From: Minisyncoccota bacterium
GTDB taxonomy: Bacteria > Patescibacteriota > Minisyncoccia > SW-4-49-11
Direction: 5' to 3'
NCBI GenBank assembly: GCA_032117235.1
Contig: JAULZW010000001.1
Location: 10,762-74,761 of the forward strand
DNA length: 64,000 nucleotides
Below are positions 1 through 9,130 of this stretch, in pieces. The notes under the pieces are model-generated. The model saw only the letters and a list, made by a program, of their open reading frames with translations, searched no databases and was not told the DNA's origin. Every line of letters starts with the position of its first letter. The first letter of the stretch is position 1. The translations under genes were made by a program, and so were the position numbers.

Positions 1-579
1 TCCATAAAAAAGCCCTGGGCCTATAATTACACTATCAGCTTCCATAATAGCTTCTTTTGCTTTTGGATTTATTTTAGCCTGAGGAACTAATTTAACTTCT
101 TTCACGGCATGTTTTAGTAATTCTTGAGAGTTATGAATTAGGGTCTGTCCCAATAACTCATTGCCATTTTGTAAATTAATACAAAGATGAACATTATTTG
201 TGGTAACAGGGATAACCTCTCCTCTAATAGATAATATGTCCCCAGCAGTTTTGATAGCTTCCTCAAAGTTGCCAGTAACTTTTTCAAGAGCTGATAAAAA
301 TAAGTTTCCGAAATTATGTCCACTTAATTCACCTGAGTCAAATCTATAATTAAATAATTGTCTTAAAATTTCTGGTGATTCAGCTAATGCTACTAAACAT
401 TGTCTTATATCTCCTGGAGGTAATACTCCCAACTCATCTCTTAATTTACCAGTAGAACCTCCATTATCCACCATATTTACTATAGCTTTTAAATGTAGAT
501 TACTAAATAATTTTAGTCCAGACAAAACTGTAAATGTCCCAGTCCCTCCCCCAATAACAACGATATTTTTATGTGACAT
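1..579 (-). CDS. Partial (C-terminus lies beyond the window start). YvcK/CofD-like gluconeogenesis factor family protein (UPF0052).
   Basis: The reverse strand translates from ATG at 579-577 as MSHKNIVVIGGGTGTFTVLSGLK...GPGLFM. The N-terminal GGGTG dinucleotide-fold motif and overall similarity fit the YvcK/CofD family. The ORF is open to the window edge. Confidence 0.7.
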   Translation of the reverse strand, partial: MSHKNIVVIGGGTGTFTVLSGLKLFSNLHLKAIVNMVDNGGSTGKLRDELGVLPPGDIRQCLVALAESPEILRQLFNYRFDSGELSGHNFGNLFLSALEKVTGNFEEAIKTAGDILSIRGEVIPVTTNNVHLCINLQNGNELLGQTLIHNSQELLKHAVKEVKLVPQAKINPKAKEAIMEADSVIIGPGLFYG

Positions 580-598
580 AGCCTTAACTTAATAATAA

Positions 599-647
599 TT
601 GTGGATAAGTTGAGCATAACTAGCACTTATACCCAACTTATCCACAA
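599..647. promoter_or_regulatory. Perfect 14-bp inverted repeat, TTGTGGATAAGTTG-N21-CAACTTATCCACAA. Each arm contains a perfect DnaA-box 9-mer (TTATCCACA). Lies in the divergent promoter region between the yvcK-like gene and the gene at 746.
   Basis: Direct reading of the sequence. The arms are exact reverse complements. The consensus DnaA box TTATCCACA is present on the minus strand at 600-608 and on the plus strand at 638-646. Confidence 0.35.
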
Positions 648-745
648 AACACGATATGATATGATTATAATAAATACACACACATATATAAATATATATT
701 ATTCTTAGGACGCTGACAAGATTAGAGTATTGAAGAGTAGATGAA

Positions 746-2008
746 ATGTCGAATAAAATAAAATTATTTATATACACAATAATAGGAGTTAGTTTGCCTT
801 TTTTGGTTAGAACTACTATTTTTAGTTATTCAATTAAAAATTTAAGCTCTCCTTATACTACTATATATTTGCATAGCCTAGATATAGTTTTGCTTTTGGG
901 ATTTGTGTACTTAGTCTGGAAAACGAAAGGATTTCCACTTAATGGGCAAAAATTTGTGGATAAGTTATGGATAAGTTTGTTTTTCTTAATATTTATACAG
1001 GTGTTTGGGACTAAATACCCTCTTATAAGTTGGGTTTGGGGGATTAGATTTTACTTAGGAATGTCTTTAATTTGGTATATAAGTAGATTTAAGTATTTAG
1101 CTAAAGATTTAAAATATATTATAAATGGATTTTTAATTGGTATGCTAGCTCAATCTATTGTTGTAATTGTTCAGTTTGGATTACAAAAAAATATAGGTTT
1201 GCCATTAGTAATTGAACCCTCATTGTCTGTGCAGCTTTCAGGGGTGGCAAAGGTTAGTATTTTTGACAATACTTTTGTTAGGAGTTATGGCACTTTTCCA
1301 CACCCCAATATTGTTGGCTTTGCAGGAATAATGTCCCTAATCTTATTATATGTACAAAAACTTGGTAAAAGACTAGCAACAATCATATATCTAACCACTA
1401 TTATTATTGCTGGACTCATAGATCATTACATCATAACTTCAATACAAGCTTTTGTCATAACTGTTTTTACAGGCTTACAACTTATGTATGGAGACTCTGT
1501 GAGTTTGATAAAACATCTGTCTAAACTTTTAATACTACTCTTACACATCTTAGTACTGCTTAGTTTTTCCAAGACAGCTTTAACAATGCTTTTGCTGATT
1601 GATTTTATATATTTGACAACATTGACGAGAAAGACAATGTTCCACGTGGAACAATTTCAAAACAGACTGCGAGCAATTCCACGAATTGTCATAAATGGAG
1701 TGACTTTGGCTGGGGGTGTTTTTTTGTTGGTCTTGCCATATCATCATATTTTAGACACCATATCAAAAAGATCTTTTTATGCTCAGGATGCTTTTCAAAT
1801 GATAGGCTCAAATATCTGGTTTGGGGTTGGTTTGGGGCAATATGTCGTAAATCTCTCTGATAATAGAGAGATTTGGCAATATGAGCCGGTTCATAATATA
1901 TTCTTATTATTATTTTGTGAATTAGGATTGATCAACTTAATTTTACTGATGGTAATTATTGGTTTAGAATGTTATGCTTATATATATGAATACAAAAAGC
2001 AAGGGTGA
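746..2008 (+). CDS. Polytopic membrane protein, O-antigen ligase/polymerase-like (Wzy_C-type).
   Basis: 420-aa ORF with about ten or more hydrophobic segments. A periplasmic-loop region contains a ...IWFGVGLGQYV... motif typical of the O-antigen ligase family. Confidence 0.5.
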   Translation: MSNKIKLFIYTIIGVSLPFLVRTTIFSYSIKNLSSPYTTIYLHSLDIVLLLGFVYLVWKTKGFPLNGQKFVDKLWISLFFLIFIQVFGTKYPLISWVWGIRFYLGMSLIWYISRFKYLAKDLKYIINGFLIGMLAQSIVVIVQFGLQKNIGLPLVIEPSLSVQLSGVAKVSIFDNTFVRSYGTFPHPNIVGFAGIMSLILLYVQKLGKRLATIIYLTTIIIAGLIDHYIITSIQAFVITVFTGLQLMYGDSVSLIKHLSKLLILLLHILVLLSFSKTALTMLLLIDFIYLTTLTRKTMFHVEQFQNRLRAIPRIVINGVTLAGGVFLLVLPYHHILDTISKRSFYAQDAFQMIGSNIWFGVGLGQYVVNLSDNREIWQYEPVHNIFLLLFCELGLINLILLMVIIGLECYAYIYEYKKQG

Positions 2009-2372
2009 TTTAGGTGAGCGATTGGCTGTTAAGTTTTTAATATCTAAGGGGTTTGAAGTTATAGATCAAAATGTTCGATTGGGAAAGTTTTCAGAATTAG
2101 ATATTATTGCAACTAAAGATAAAGTTTTACATATCATAGAAGTAAAGACTGTGTATAAATGTGGAAAACTTGTGGAAAACTTTGAATTCCCTATATATAA
2201 TATTACTCCACGCAAAGTGCAACATCTCAAAAAAGGGGCTTTAATCTATGTACAGAAGCAAAAATTAGAGCATATGGATATTACAATTGATGCCATTGCT
2301 TGTATTGTGGATAATTGTCACAAAAAAAGTTGGATTAAATTTTATTCTAATATTTTAGAGGGGCTTGACTAA
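1974..2372 (+). CDS. yraN: YraN-family (UPF0102) putative endonuclease. The true start may be the second ATG at 1986.
   Basis: KGDLGERLAVKFLISKGFEVIDQNVRLGKFSELDIIATKDKVLHIIEVKT matches the conserved YraN core (G-E-A-YL, GE-D-I). Confidence 0.7.
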   Translation: MLIYMNTKSKGDLGERLAVKFLISKGFEVIDQNVRLGKFSELDIIATKDKVLHIIEVKTVYKCGKLVENFEFPIYNITPRKVQHLKKGALIYVQKQKLEHMDITIDAIACIVDNCHKKSWIKFYSNILEGLD

Positions 2373-2475
2373 AGGTTTTTATGTATAAAATAAATTTAAT
2401 ATTAAAAAACAAAAGGTATTTAGAATTTTGTCTTGCTAATTTTTATAAAATAGGATACAATGATTTTATCTTATA

Positions 2476-2563
2476 GCTAGGGTGGCGGAATGGTAGACGC
2501 AACGGACTTAAAATCCGTCGGTGATTAAACACTGTGAGGGTTCGAGTCCCTCTCCTAGTACCA
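2476..2563 (+). tRNA. tRNA-Leu, anticodon TAA, class II with a long variable arm. The 3' CCA is encoded.
   Basis: Manual fold. The acceptor GCTAGGG/TCCTAGT includes two G-U pairs. The anticodon stem is ACGGA/TCCGT with loop CTTAAAA. The T-arm is GAGGG-TTCGAGT-CCCTC. Discriminator A is followed by CCA. Confidence 0.88.
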
Positions 2564-2573
2564 ATAGAGAATC

Positions 2574-2594
2574 AGTCCGTTTGGACTGTTTTTT
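2574..2594 (+). terminator. Intrinsic terminator after tRNA-Leu.
   Basis: Hairpin CAGTCC-GTTT-GGACTG followed by TTTTTT. Confidence 0.7.
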
Positions 2595-2632
2595 AGGGCT
2601 AGAAAGTCGGAGTCATGTGTGAGTTTGTGTTA

Positions 2633-2904
2633 TTTTGTCCTCCTTTGGAGGAGGTGGCACGAAGTGCCGGTGGTGGATAAAGTTGAAGTCAAAGTTTGTT
2701 TTATAATAAGATTTAATTTCAAAGTATATTTTTCTGACCATCCACCCTCCCCGTCGCAAATGGGATTTACTCCTGTGAAACCTCACGGTTTCCCAACCTT
2801 CCTTCACGGGAAAACTACCGTTTTCCCGACCCCTTTCCCAAACTTTCAGTCTATTACGGGTACTCCCTCCGCCTGCCTGCGGTAGGTAGAAAGGGAGACA
2901 AAAT
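2633..2904 (+). repeat. GC-rich structured repeat element, copy A (about 270 bp). The termini are imperfect inverted repeats (TTTTGTCCTCCTTTGGAGGAGG ... CCTCC..GGGAGACAAAAT).
   Basis: A high-GC island in AT-rich DNA. About 85 percent identical over the conserved cores to copy B at 27211-27458. It contains multiple internal hairpins (GGCAC-GAA-GTGCC, GAAACC-TCAC-GGTTTC, CGGGAAAAC-TAC-GTTTTCCCG). Confidence 0.6.
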
Positions 2905-3064
2905 ACAGGCGACTGAAAGCTTAGTCCTACGATGTTGATAGATGTTCGGTAGAGGGTTTATACTCACACAAATATAGACAAAAGCTTAAAAATATGATAT
3001 GTTTCTGATTGTCCAGGCTCTAAAGTGATTTAGAGTCAAACTTCCACCCTGAGGAGTGCTTTTT

Positions 3065-3499
3065 ATGGATGATTCAGTACCAAAAACTGAAGGATACGAT
3101 GATAGGCCATATTCTCTTTTAGCTCTCATGCTCGGGTTAAGTCCAGATAACTGCTCTAAATTAATCGGTATCATTGAAGAGTCTGGAGGAGATAAAGCAG
3201 AAGCACTTTTAATATTTTTAAGCCGTATCTTTAGAGAGGGTTTAGATATAACAATAGAAAATTTCGAAATAACTTTGGGGTATATTAAGCAAGTTAACTA
3301 TGCTGTAGAACAAAAGGAAGTAGAATATGGAAGACCACTGATCGTAAAAGAAATGCAAGAGATAATAGGTGCAGAACATGATATAGCACCAGAAGAAGAT
3401 TGGCTAGACCCTGAAGGCTTTATTGATGAACCAGAAGGCGATCCTAACACCTTAACTTTAGAAGAAGAAGTTATTTTGGGAATAATCTTTCATCCTTAG
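3065..3499 (+). CDS. Hypothetical acidic protein, about 145 aa.
   Basis: ORF with a GAGGAG Shine-Dalgarno about 9 nt upstream of ATG 3065. The ORF track starts it at a GTG at 3056. A strong terminator follows. Confidence 0.5.
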   Translation: MDDSVPKTEGYDDRPYSLLALMLGLSPDNCSKLIGIIEESGGDKAEALLIFLSRIFREGLDITIENFEITLGYIKQVNYAVEQKEVEYGRPLIVKEMQEIIGAEHDIAPEEDWLDPEGFIDEPEGDPNTLTLEEEVILGIIFHP

Positions 3500-3501
3500 C
3501 T

Positions 3502-3533
3502 CCCCCCCGCGTGCGATGCGGGGGATTTTTATT
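3502..3533 (+). terminator. Intrinsic terminator.
   Basis: CCCCCGC-GTGCGAT-GCGGGGG hairpin followed by ATTTTTATTT. Confidence 0.75.
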
Positions 3534-3592
3534 TAGAGGCTTTGCGATTATTTGCTATAATAGATTTATAATAAAGATAATGACTGCAAGCT

Positions 3593-6154
3593 ATGCCTTC
3601 TCCGATGATGACTCAATTCTATGAATTAAAACAGGCATATCCTAATGATATTTTGTTTTTTCGCCTAGGGGATTTTTATGAAATGTTTGGAGAAGATGCG
3701 AAATTAGCAGCTCCTATCCTTGATTTAGTGTTAACTGCTCGCAAGAATACGATAGATGGAAATATTCCAATGTGTGGAGTGCCTTATCATTCTTCAGCTC
3801 AATATATCAAAAAGCTGATTCGGGCAGGATATTCAGTGGCTATATGTGAGCAACAAGGATCAGCTAAGGATTCTAAGGGTTTGGTGACGAGAAAAGTGGT
3901 TAAAGTTATCACTCCAGGGACGGCTCTGCTGGATATAGAAGCTACCGAATCAAGGTATATAGCTAGTGTTTATACTCACAAAAACAATATATATCTAGCT
4001 TTAGCCGATTTGGGGACAGGTCTTTTTGAGGTTGGTAAATTTATGGAGTCAGAACTTAAGGATGTCTTGCAATCTAAACAAGTCAAAGAGATTATACTCT
4101 CAGAAAATAGTGAGTTATTTGAAAAACTCCAAAAATTAAATATTAGAATTGTGGCTGAATCTAAATGGAGTTTTCAATTAGAGCGTGCGCTTGAAGTTTT
4201 GACTAAACATTTTAATGTTAGCAGTATGACTGGCTTTGGTTTTGAGGTTGATGATATGCGATTGTCTCCAGCTGGAGCTTTGCTTGGTTATCTTATTTAT
4301 ACTCAACAGGAGGATTTGAAGCATATTACTAAATTGCAGATTATGACTTTGGATAAATATATGAGACTAGACTCTCAAACTATTCAAAATCTAGAGTTAT
4401 TTTATCTATCAAGAGCTAGTCAAAAGGGCAAAAGTTTTTATCAAGCTATTAATTATACTAGAAATCCTCTGGGTTCAAGAATGTTGAAAAACTGGATATT
4501 AGCTCCATTATTAGATGTCAAAGCTATTCAGGCTCGTCAAGAGCATATTCAAAATTATATAGACACTCCTACTAAGATTACAGAAACCAGAGACTTATTA
4601 GCTCAGATTGCAGATATAGAGCGAGTTTTGGCGAGGCTGTCTAGTAATGTGGGTGGTCCTAGAGATATGCTGTTATTATCTAAAAGTTTTGAGTATATTG
4701 CAGGAATTCTAAAACTAGATATAGCAAATTATACTAAATTAGCTCAAAAAGCTTTGTTAAAACTTGAGCCTTTAAAAGTTCAATTGCAAAAAGCTTTAAG
4801 AGATAATGTCCCAATTCTAGCTAGGGATGGTGGTTTTGTGGCTAAAGGGTATCGGGATGATATAGATGAATTATTAAATTTAAGTCAAGGGGGTAAAGAG
4901 TGGTTGTTGGAATTACAATCTCAGGAACAAGCTCGCACAGGTATAAATTCTCTCAAAGTAAAATATAATAAGGTATTTGGCTATTATATAGAGATTAGTA
5001 ATGCCTATAAAAATCAAGTTTTACCAGATAATTATATTAAAAAACAGACTCTAGCTAATGCGGAGCGATATATTACCCCAGAATTAAAAGAGTTTGAAGA
5101 AAAAATTCTCAGTTCAGAAGCTGAGTTACTAGGTTTAGAGCAAATTGTTTTTGAGGAGTTAAGACAGGCAATTATAGCTGAGTCAGAGCAAATTTATACA
5201 ATTTCCCAAACTATTGCCTATATTGATTGTATACAATCAGGAGCTAAATTAGCCATAGATTGGAATTATAATCGTCCTAAAATTATTAAAAATCAAAATC
5301 TGTATATAGAAGCTGGCCGACATCCAGTACTGGAGCAGTTAATTACTGAATATATACCCAATGATTGTAAATTAGCTGAACCAGATCATTCTCTTATGTT
5401 AATCACGGGACCGAATATGGGAGGTAAGTCTACCTATATTCGTCAAGTGGCTTTGATTGTGCTTTTGGCTCAAATGGGATATTTTGTGCCGGCTAATAGT
5501 GCCAAGATTGGGGTGGCGGACAGGATTTTTACTAGAGTAGGAGCCTCAGATAATATGAGTGAGGGACAGAGTACTTTTATGGTAGAGATGTTGGAGGTAG
5601 CTAATATTTTACATAATGCCAGTAAGTCTAGCTTGATTATTTTAGATGAGGTTGGTCGGGGCACTTCTACTTATGATGGAATGAGTATAGCCAAGGCTTT
5701 GATTGAATATATTCATAATACTATTAGAGCCAGAACTCTCTTTGCCACTCATTATCACGAATTATTAAGTCTGGAAGGAGATTTTGAAGGGGTGGTGAAT
5801 TATCAGGTTATAATTCAAGAGTCTAATGAGAGTATTCTCTTTTTACACCGTATAGAACAAGGTGGCGCTGATAAAAGCTATGGGATAGCTATTGCCAAAT
5901 TAGCTGGATTTCCTGCAGATGTGTTAGAATTAGCTAAGAGAGCTCTTATACAATATGAGCAAAAAAAATCTCAATTGTCATTTTTAGAAATCCCAATTAT
6001 AGCTAATAGTAATAATCTAAAACAAGAAGTCAACCCACATATAAAGCAGTATCAGAAGCTCTTACAAGATATACATTCCAATAATCTGAATGACTTAACT
6101 CCAATGCAGGCTTTAGCTATATTAGATGAATTACAAAAAAACAATCCACTATGA
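3593..6154 (+). CDS. mutS: DNA mismatch repair protein MutS.
   Basis: 853 aa. The N-terminus MTQFYELKQAYPNDILFFRLGDFYEMFGEDA and the Walker A motif GPNMGGKST are classic MutS. Confidence 0.95.
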   Translation: MPSPMMTQFYELKQAYPNDILFFRLGDFYEMFGEDAKLAAPILDLVLTARKNTIDGNIPMCGVPYHSSAQYIKKLIRAGYSVAICEQQGSAKDSKGLVTRKVVKVITPGTALLDIEATESRYIASVYTHKNNIYLALADLGTGLFEVGKFMESELKDVLQSKQVKEIILSENSELFEKLQKLNIRIVAESKWSFQLERALEVLTKHFNVSSMTGFGFEVDDMRLSPAGALLGYLIYTQQEDLKHITKLQIMTLDKYMRLDSQTIQNLELFYLSRASQKGKSFYQAINYTRNPLGSRMLKNWILAPLLDVKAIQARQEHIQNYIDTPTKITETRDLLAQIADIERVLARLSSNVGGPRDMLLLSKSFEYIAGILKLDIANYTKLAQKALLKLEPLKVQLQKALRDNVPILARDGGFVAKGYRDDIDELLNLSQGGKEWLLELQSQEQARTGINSLKVKYNKVFGYYIEISNAYKNQVLPDNYIKKQTLANAERYITPELKEFEEKILSSEAELLGLEQIVFEELRQAIIAESEQIYTISQTIAYIDCIQSGAKLAIDWNYNRPKIIKNQNLYIEAGRHPVLEQLITEYIPNDCKLAEPDHSLMLITGPNMGGKSTYIRQVALIVLLAQMGYFVPANSAKIGVADRIFTRVGASDNMSEGQSTFMVEMLEVANILHNASKSSLIILDEVGRGTSTYDGMSIAKALIEYIHNTIRARTLFATHYHELLSLEGDFEGVVNYQVIIQESNESILFLHRIEQGGADKSYGIAIAKLAGFPADVLELAKRALIQYEQKKSQLSFLEIPIIANSNNLKQEVNPHIKQYQKLLQDIHSNNLNDLTPMQALAILDELQKNNPL

Positions 6155-7926
6155 TAAACTTATTACCAAAACATATTATAAATCAAATTGCTGCTGGAGA
6201 AGTAGTAGAGAGACCAGCTTCAATAGTTAAGGAATTACTAGAAAACTCCATAGATGCTGGATCTACTGAAATTCAAATTGAAGTATTAGATGCGGGCTTA
6301 ACTGAGATTATTATAAAGGATAATGGCTCTGGTATTGAAAAAGATGATTTTGAAAATTTATTCAAAAGGCATGCTACTAGTAAAATTGAGAAAATAGAGG
6401 ATTTACATCGATTATCTACAATGGGATTTCGAGGGGAAGCTTTATCAAGTATTCAAGCTGTATCACAAGTGGAATTAGCTACCAAAACCAAATCAGATAA
6501 AACCGGCTATTTTTATAATCCTCATATAAAAGAAATAAAAGCAATATCCAAGGCTAATACTGGTACAAATATAACGATAAGGAATCTGTTCTACAATGTT
6601 CCCGCCCGTAAAAAGTTTCTTAAAAGTAATGTTACCGAACTAGCCCATATTACCAAAATTATAGAGGAAATTGCTTTAGCTAATCCAAATATTACTTTTA
6701 TTTATCAATCTCAAAATCGTGAATTAATCAATGTAAAAGCTAGTGACTTGCTCACTAGAACTGTTAATATACTAAAAATCAAAAACCCAGAATACTTGTT
6801 ATTATTGGACTCCCAGAAACATAATATCAAAGCCATAGGTTATATTGGACATCCTAGAATTTCTAAAAAATCACCTCAATATCATATTTTCATCAATAAT
6901 CGCCCTGTTATGCAACCTCTCATAAATAAAGCTATTCAACAAGGTTTTGACACTATGTTAGAAGTGGGTCATTATCCGTTTGCTTTTGTATCTATTTTTA
7001 TCCCTCCAACTGAACTAGATGTGAATGTTCATCCAAGGAAAACTGAAGTAAAATTTATAGATGATAGAGATATTTTTCAGACTATCAAGTATTTAATTCG
7101 TGATACTTTACAAAAATCTGCTTTTGAAGTGGTCTTAAAACCACAAACTGCTCAATCTAATAAAATATCAATCAATTCAAGCACCAATACATCCAATACT
7201 AAAAACTATAACTTTAAGCCGTATAATCACCCTAGCAACACATATAATAAGCCTCAAGTCACCGAGATGAATTTAGCTCAATATGCTCCCAAACAAATAC
7301 CAAAAAATCAATATAATTTTCATAACATACAACCAAACTTTAGAGAGTTATTAGAAGCTGAAACACAAAAACCTAATTTCTTACATATTTTTGACACTTA
7401 TATAGTCTATCCCAATCAAAACGGAATAATGATTTTAGACCAACATGCAGTACATGAGAAAGTTATTTTGGAACAATTGATGAATCAAAACTCTAATATT
7501 TCTTCTCAAGTCCTATTATTCCCAATAGCAATTAGTGTAATTCAATCTCAAAAAGATTTAGTAATTGAAATATTAGCTGAATTACCAGGCTTTGAAGTAG
7601 ACGACTTTGGAGCTAGTGAGATTATAATTAGAGCCTTACCAAATTTTTTAGCTGAAACTCAAAAAGTAGAAGAGCATATAAAAACCCTCATCGCTCAAAT
7701 CCAAGACAGAGGTCAGACTATAGAATTGTCAGAATTAAGAATAGAATTGCTAAAGACTATAGCCTGTAAATCAGCTATCAAAGCTGGATATAGTATTAAC
7801 CAACAAGAAATAGAAGCTTTAATCAAAGATGTTTCTAAAACTAATTTTGGTTTTGCCTGCTGTCATGGAAGGCCAACTATGGTACAATTAGACAAAGACT
7901 GGTTCGAAAAACAATTTTCAAGATAA
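6151..7926 (+). CDS. mutL: DNA mismatch repair protein MutL.
   Basis: 591 aa. INQIAAGEVVERPASIVKELLENSIDAG is the GHKL ATPase N-terminus. The start overlaps the mutS stop (ATGA). Confidence 0.95.
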   Translation: MINLLPKHIINQIAAGEVVERPASIVKELLENSIDAGSTEIQIEVLDAGLTEIIIKDNGSGIEKDDFENLFKRHATSKIEKIEDLHRLSTMGFRGEALSSIQAVSQVELATKTKSDKTGYFYNPHIKEIKAISKANTGTNITIRNLFYNVPARKKFLKSNVTELAHITKIIEEIALANPNITFIYQSQNRELINVKASDLLTRTVNILKIKNPEYLLLLDSQKHNIKAIGYIGHPRISKKSPQYHIFINNRPVMQPLINKAIQQGFDTMLEVGHYPFAFVSIFIPPTELDVNVHPRKTEVKFIDDRDIFQTIKYLIRDTLQKSAFEVVLKPQTAQSNKISINSSTNTSNTKNYNFKPYNHPSNTYNKPQVTEMNLAQYAPKQIPKNQYNFHNIQPNFRELLEAETQKPNFLHIFDTYIVYPNQNGIMILDQHAVHEKVILEQLMNQNSNISSQVLLFPIAISVIQSQKDLVIEILAELPGFEVDDFGASEIIIRALPNFLAETQKVEEHIKTLIAQIQDRGQTIELSELRIELLKTIACKSAIKAGYSINQQEIEALIKDVSKTNFGFACCHGRPTMVQLDKDWFEKQFSR

Positions 7927-7931
7927 AATAT

Positions 7932-8855
7932 ATGCATAACAAAAAAATTATTATAATAGAATTCGGTATAATACTATTACTTTGGGCAACCGTATTTATT
8001 ATGCTTATGACTACATTAGGGCATATCGCTATTTTAAATGGTATTATTTTGGCAGGATTATTAGGGATTATGTATATTTCAACATTGAGTTGGTATATTT
8101 GTATAGACAAAATGCCCCTAAGTATTATCAAGTTGATACTAATACAAATTTTGCCACTGGCCTTGACCTGTTTTTTATTTGATACAATCACAGCTTTAAT
8201 TATAGGACTTGTTTTAGTGATAGGTATACAAATTTTATTCAAGACAATTAATGATATTAAAGAAAGTTCAGTTGATCATATTAAATTTAGGATTAAGACC
8301 ATAATTTTACCTCATACTAAAGGAATAGTTGTTTGGCTAATGTTATTAAGCTCCGTGTTTATTTATGGAAATACTCTTAAAACCAACCCTAGGGGTATAT
8401 TTTTGGCAGAATCATTTTTAAGCAATCAAATACAAGCTTGGATGCCTTTATTAAATCAGGTTGCTCCAAATTTTAATCCTAACATTTCAGTTGGAAATTA
8501 TATTTCAGAGCAAATAGATTCTCAGAACTTAAATTTAAACAATATCAATCGAGATGAAATTATAAAGCAACAAGTAGACGAATTAGGAAGAAAATTTGAA
8601 CTCAATCTTACATCCAATACTCCAATCACTCAGGCCTTAGTTAATTATGGTAACAAATTCCTTACCCCTTGGATGAGTGGTCCTATTTGGGGAGCTATTG
8701 TATCTTTTTCACTATTTTTCACCTTATTACCATTTGTTGGTACTTTTCAATTTGGTATTAGAATAATAATCAATATAATTCATATCAATAGTATTAAATC
8801 CAAATTTATCAATTTTAGTAAACAAAACATTGAAAAAGAGACCTTGAGCTTTTAG
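7932..8855 (+). CDS. Hypothetical membrane protein.
   Basis: 307-aa ORF with four N-terminal hydrophobic helices and a soluble C-terminal part. No recognisable family. Confidence 0.5.
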   Translation: MHNKKIIIIEFGIILLLWATVFIMLMTTLGHIAILNGIILAGLLGIMYISTLSWYICIDKMPLSIIKLILIQILPLALTCFLFDTITALIIGLVLVIGIQILFKTINDIKESSVDHIKFRIKTIILPHTKGIVVWLMLLSSVFIYGNTLKTNPRGIFLAESFLSNQIQAWMPLLNQVAPNFNPNISVGNYISEQIDSQNLNLNNINRDEIIKQQVDELGRKFELNLTSNTPITQALVNYGNKFLTPWMSGPIWGAIVSFSLFFTLLPFVGTFQFGIRIIINIIHINSIKSKFINFSKQNIEKETLSF

Positions 8856-8863
8856 AAAAGGAG

Positions 8864-9130
8864 TTTTTTGTCCTCCTTTGAGGGAGGTGGCCTTTAGGCT
8901 GGAGGTGGACTGAGCTAATTCCCCTCTCGAGGGGTGGACAGCTTTGCTGGACGGGGTGGATTGTTTTGGCCTTTGAGCTTCTGTATTTTGTCTCCCTTAG
9001 GAGGGAGTACCCGCAGGGGGAGGGTGGAGTACTATTTAATATATTTTTCCACCCCTTCTCCCTCCTAAACAAAGTATAGAAGGGAGACACCCCTCAAGAG
9101 GGGAATTTTTAGCTCACAAGCCCCTCCACC
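8864..9130. repeat. GC-rich structured repeat element, copy C. A composite, more diverged copy.
   Basis: It has the 5' module TTTTGTCCTCCTTTGAGGGAGGTGGC in direct orientation. It also has an inverted copy (8985-9013) of the A/B 3' module (ATTTTGTCTCCCTTAGGAGGGAGTACCCG). Two CCCCTC-N2-GAGGGG palindromes are present. Confidence 0.5.

Noticed and set aside
2619-2885. ORF-track ORFs overlapping the GC-rich repeat copies share a conserved peptide (...VKPHGFPTFLHGKT.VF.TPFP...). They are 2619..2885 on the plus strand, 27178..27573 on the plus strand and 8815..9090 on the minus strand.
   Set aside because: The conservation is explained by nucleotide-level identity of the repeat. The two copies differ by a 1-nt indel, yet both remain in frame. 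There is no start codon or RBS context. The segments are dominated by perfect hairpins. The composition is Pro/Gly/Phe-rich from GC-rich palindromes. Copy B's ORF runs into the convergent peptidase gene. These look like structured or repeat DNA rather than coding.
2633-2904. Considered whether the GC-rich elements are RNase P RNA, tmRNA, SRP (4.5S) RNA or a group I/II intron.
   Set aside because: None of the conserved cores are present: the RNase P P4 GGAAAGTCCGGGC, the tmRNA tRNA-like ends with GGTTCGA and CCA, the SRP domain IV GGTCCGGAAGGAAGCAGC, or the intron domain V. Multiple divergent copies per 64 kb also argues against single-copy housekeeping RNAs.
7877-8242. Antisense and embedded small ORFs inside well-supported genes. 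Examples are 7877..8242 minus strand, 7982..8182 plus strand, 14305..14574 minus strand, 19301..19690 minus strand, 19734..20051 minus strand, 22912..23676 plus strand, 26369..26686 plus strand and 42031..42502 minus strand.
   Set aside because: They overlap conserved genes on the opposite strand or in another frame, have low-complexity AT-driven composition and no independent support. Treated as spurious.
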